A stretch of DNA of 63,769 nt, filler included, from an uncultured bacterium (GTDB taxonomy: Bacteria; DYJV01), in the NCBI GenBank assembly GCA_964543655.1. It is 4 parts of 4 records of this genome, joined end to end, with 100 filler letters (N's around TTAATTAATTAA, not from the genome) between each part and the next. Parts side by side here need not be neighbours in the genome. Positions count along the whole stretch, not along the records: positions 54,253 to 63,769 come from CAZIZE010000063.1; 3 more parts are not named here. One strand, 5' to 3'. The position numbers and the translations under genes are program-made. The notes under the pieces were generated by a model. That model did no database searches and had not been told where the DNA came from. It was given only the letters and a program-made list of their open reading frames with translations. Every line of letters begins with the position of its first letter. Positions within the stretch are counted from its first letter, which is position 1. This document shows positions 61,915 to 63,769 of this stretch, piece by piece.

Positions 61915-63072
61915 TTAGAAAGTTTTGAATATTGTCTCCAGTTTTTTTATTGCAAAATCTATTTCCTCATTTGTTATAATTAAAGGTGGTACAAATCTTA
62001 AAACTTTTTCTCCTGCAGCAACAGTTAAGACTTTATTTTCAATTAATTTGTTAATAATTTCAGAAACAGGAAAATCTATTTCAAGGCCAATTAGCAGCCC
62101 CATACCTTTTACTTTTTTTACAAATGAATATTTTTCAGATAGAGCTTTTAAATTTTGTAAAAAATATTCACCTGCTTTATTTACATTATCTAAAATATTA
62201 TGTTTTTCAATTATGTTGATTACAGCACATCCAGCAGCAGATGCAAGATAATTACCACCAAATGTAGAAGCATGAGAGCCAGGTGATAAAATTTCCATAA
62301 ATTTCTTTTTACCTGCAAGTGCTCCAATTGGCACTCCGCCACCAAGTGCTTTTGCGAGACTCATAATATCTGGCTCAATTTTAAAATGCTCATAGGCAAA
62401 AAATTTACCAGTTCTGCCAATACCAGTTTGTACTTCGTCATAAACAAGGATTGCATTAAAAGAATTGCATAATTTTCTAATTTCTTTTAGAAAATTTGCA
62501 TCAATTACATTGATGCCACCTTCACCCTGTATTATTTCAACAAAAATTCCAGCAACATTCTTATCAAACTTTTCATTTAAAGAATCAATATTATTAAATT
62601 CTACAAAATCAACATCAGGCAACAAAGAGCCAAAATCTTTTCTATATTTTTCCTGGCCAGTTATAGAAAGGGCTCCTGTTGTCCTACCATGAAATGAGTT
62701 GGTGCAGCTAAGAATTTTCTGTTTTAACGGACTTATAGTAAAGCCATGTTTCTTTACGAGCTTTATTGCTGCTTCATTTGCTTCTGCACCACTGTTGCAG
62801 AAAAAAACTTTTTCTGCAAAAGATATTTTACAGATTTTTTCAGCAAGGGTTTCCTGCGGTGGTATGTGGTAAAGGTTTGAAACATGCAATATTCTATCTA
62901 TTTGATTTTTTAACATAAGGTTAAATTCATGATGTGCATGTCCAAGTGCACAAACAGCAATACCTCCAACAAGATCGAGGTATTTTTCATTTTTTTCAGT
63001 AAATAGATAACATCCTTCACCTTTTACAAATTTTAAATTAAATCTTTTATAAGTGTCTGCTATATAACTCAT
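61915..63072 (-). CDS. argD: Acetylornithine aminotransferase
   Basis: NSGAEANEAAIK, SFHGRT, DEVQTGIGRTG, AKALGGG; directly upstream of argF. Confidence 0.93.
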   Translation of the reverse strand: MSYIADTYKRFNLKFVKGEGCYLFTEKNEKYLDLVGGIAVCALGHAHHEFNLMLKNQIDRILHVSNLYHIPPQETLAEKICKISFAEKVFFCNSGAEANEAAIKLVKKHGFTISPLKQKILSCTNSFHGRTTGALSITGQEKYRKDFGSLLPDVDFVEFNNIDSLNEKFDKNVAGIFVEIIQGEGGINVIDANFLKEIRKLCNSFNAILVYDEVQTGIGRTGKFFAYEHFKIEPDIMSLAKALGGGVPIGALAGKKKFMEILSPGSHASTFGGNYLASAAGCAVINIIEKHNILDNVNKAGEYFLQNLKALSEKYSFVKKVKGMGLLIGLEIDFPVSEIINKLIENKVLTVAAGEKVLRFVPPLIITNEEIDFAIKKLETIFKTF

Positions 63073-63084
63073 TAACCCTCCTGT

Positions 63085-63769
63085 TTATTCAAATAATCCT
63101 TTTTTATAATTTTTACCAAAATATTCAAGCGCGAGATTTGTAACAACCCTGCCTCTGTTAGTTCTTTTCAAAAAACCAAGTTGAATAAGATATGGTTCAT
63201 ATACATCTTCTATTGTATCTTTTTCCTCGTCAAGATAGGTGGAAATTGTATCAATTCCAACAGGTCCTCCATCAAATTTTTCAATAATTGACAATATAAA
63301 TTTCCTGTCCATAAGGTCAAGACCCATTTCATCAATATCAAGATTGTTAAGAGCAAAATCAGCTATCTTTTTATCTATTTTGCCGCTACCATGAACTTCA
63401 GCAAAGTCTCTCACTCTTCTTAAAAGTTTGTTTGCTATACGTGGAGTTCCCCTTGACCTTCTTGCTATTTCAAAAGCTCCATCTTCATCTATTTCAACTT
63501 TTAAAATTTTTGCAGAACGTTTTACAATTGTTTTTAACTCATCTGATGAGTAATATTCTAATCTGCCAATGTAACCAAATCTGTCTCTTAAAGGTGATGT
63601 AAGTAAACCTACTCTTGTGGTAGCACCAATAAGAGTAAACCTATTTAAATTTAGCTTAACACTTTTAGCTGTTGGACCCTGGCCAATTATTATATCTATT
63701 TTAAAATCTTCCATAGCAGGATATAAAATTTCTTCCACAGTTCTATTCATTCTATGTATTTCATCAATA
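63085..63769 (-). CDS. ruvB: Holliday junction helicase RuvB, 5' end outside the window
   Basis: [33 protein letters not shown]. Confidence 0.97.
   Translation of the reverse strand, partial: IDEIHRMNRTVEEILYPAMEDFKIDIIIGQGPTAKSVKLNLNRFTLIGATTRVGLLTSPLRDRFGYIGRLEYYSSDELKTIVKRSAKILKVEIDEDGAFEIARRSRGTPRIANKLLRRVRDFAEVHGSGKIDKKIADFALNNLDIDEMGLDLMDRKFILSIIEKFDGGPVGIDTISTYLDEEKDTIEDVYEPYLIQLGFLKRTNRGRVVTNLALEYFGKNYKKGLFE

Noticed and set aside
756-62692. Many 60-165 aa ORFs antisense or out of frame to larger genes (e.g. 29398-30315, 48975-49400, 58816-59286)
   Set aside because: Shadow ORFs of well-identified genes

Overview
This window joins four contigs (1-18274, 18375-36190, 36291-54152, 54253-63769) with artificial 100-bp N-TTAATTAATTAA-N linkers, so adjacency across linkers means nothing. 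The DNA is from a very AT-rich, flagellated, Gram-negative anaerobe; the flagellin and gene content suggest Desulfobacterota/deltaproteobacteria (inference). Most of it is housekeeping: der, rph, rdgB, rimO, ribF, hflKC, rho, tilS, gnnAB-lpxB, nnr, hrcA-grpE-dnaK-dnaJ, gyrA, gpsA, hisIG, argDF and ruvB. It also has a 2-oxoacid:ferredoxin oxidoreductase/IorA cluster, a split ADP-forming acyl-CoA synthetase, two paralogous hybrid sensor kinases each paired with an orphan solute-binding protein, a cobalamin riboswitch and an IS21 end. Six signals are not explained by the ORF track. (1) A Phe/Tyr leader peptide (MISRSNFYFYFYFKRPR) with a five-segment, double-terminator attenuator controls a stand-alone DAHP-synthase regulatory domain next to the 2-oxoacid oxidoreductases. 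(2) In a secreted beta-helix protein, 29 of 32 DN dipeptides read D-N-x-S/T, suggesting a D(-1)-extended N-glycosylation sequon. (3) A modular MITE/REP-like repeat family with shared TAATACAA ends occupies several intergenic regions. (4) A twin-hairpin candidate RNA with identical CUGCCCA loops lies downstream of the B12 riboswitch gene. (5) A near-identical motif sits before hrcA and dnaK in place of CIRCE. (6) Leaderless promoter geometry is common. No rRNA, tRNA or CRISPR array was seen.
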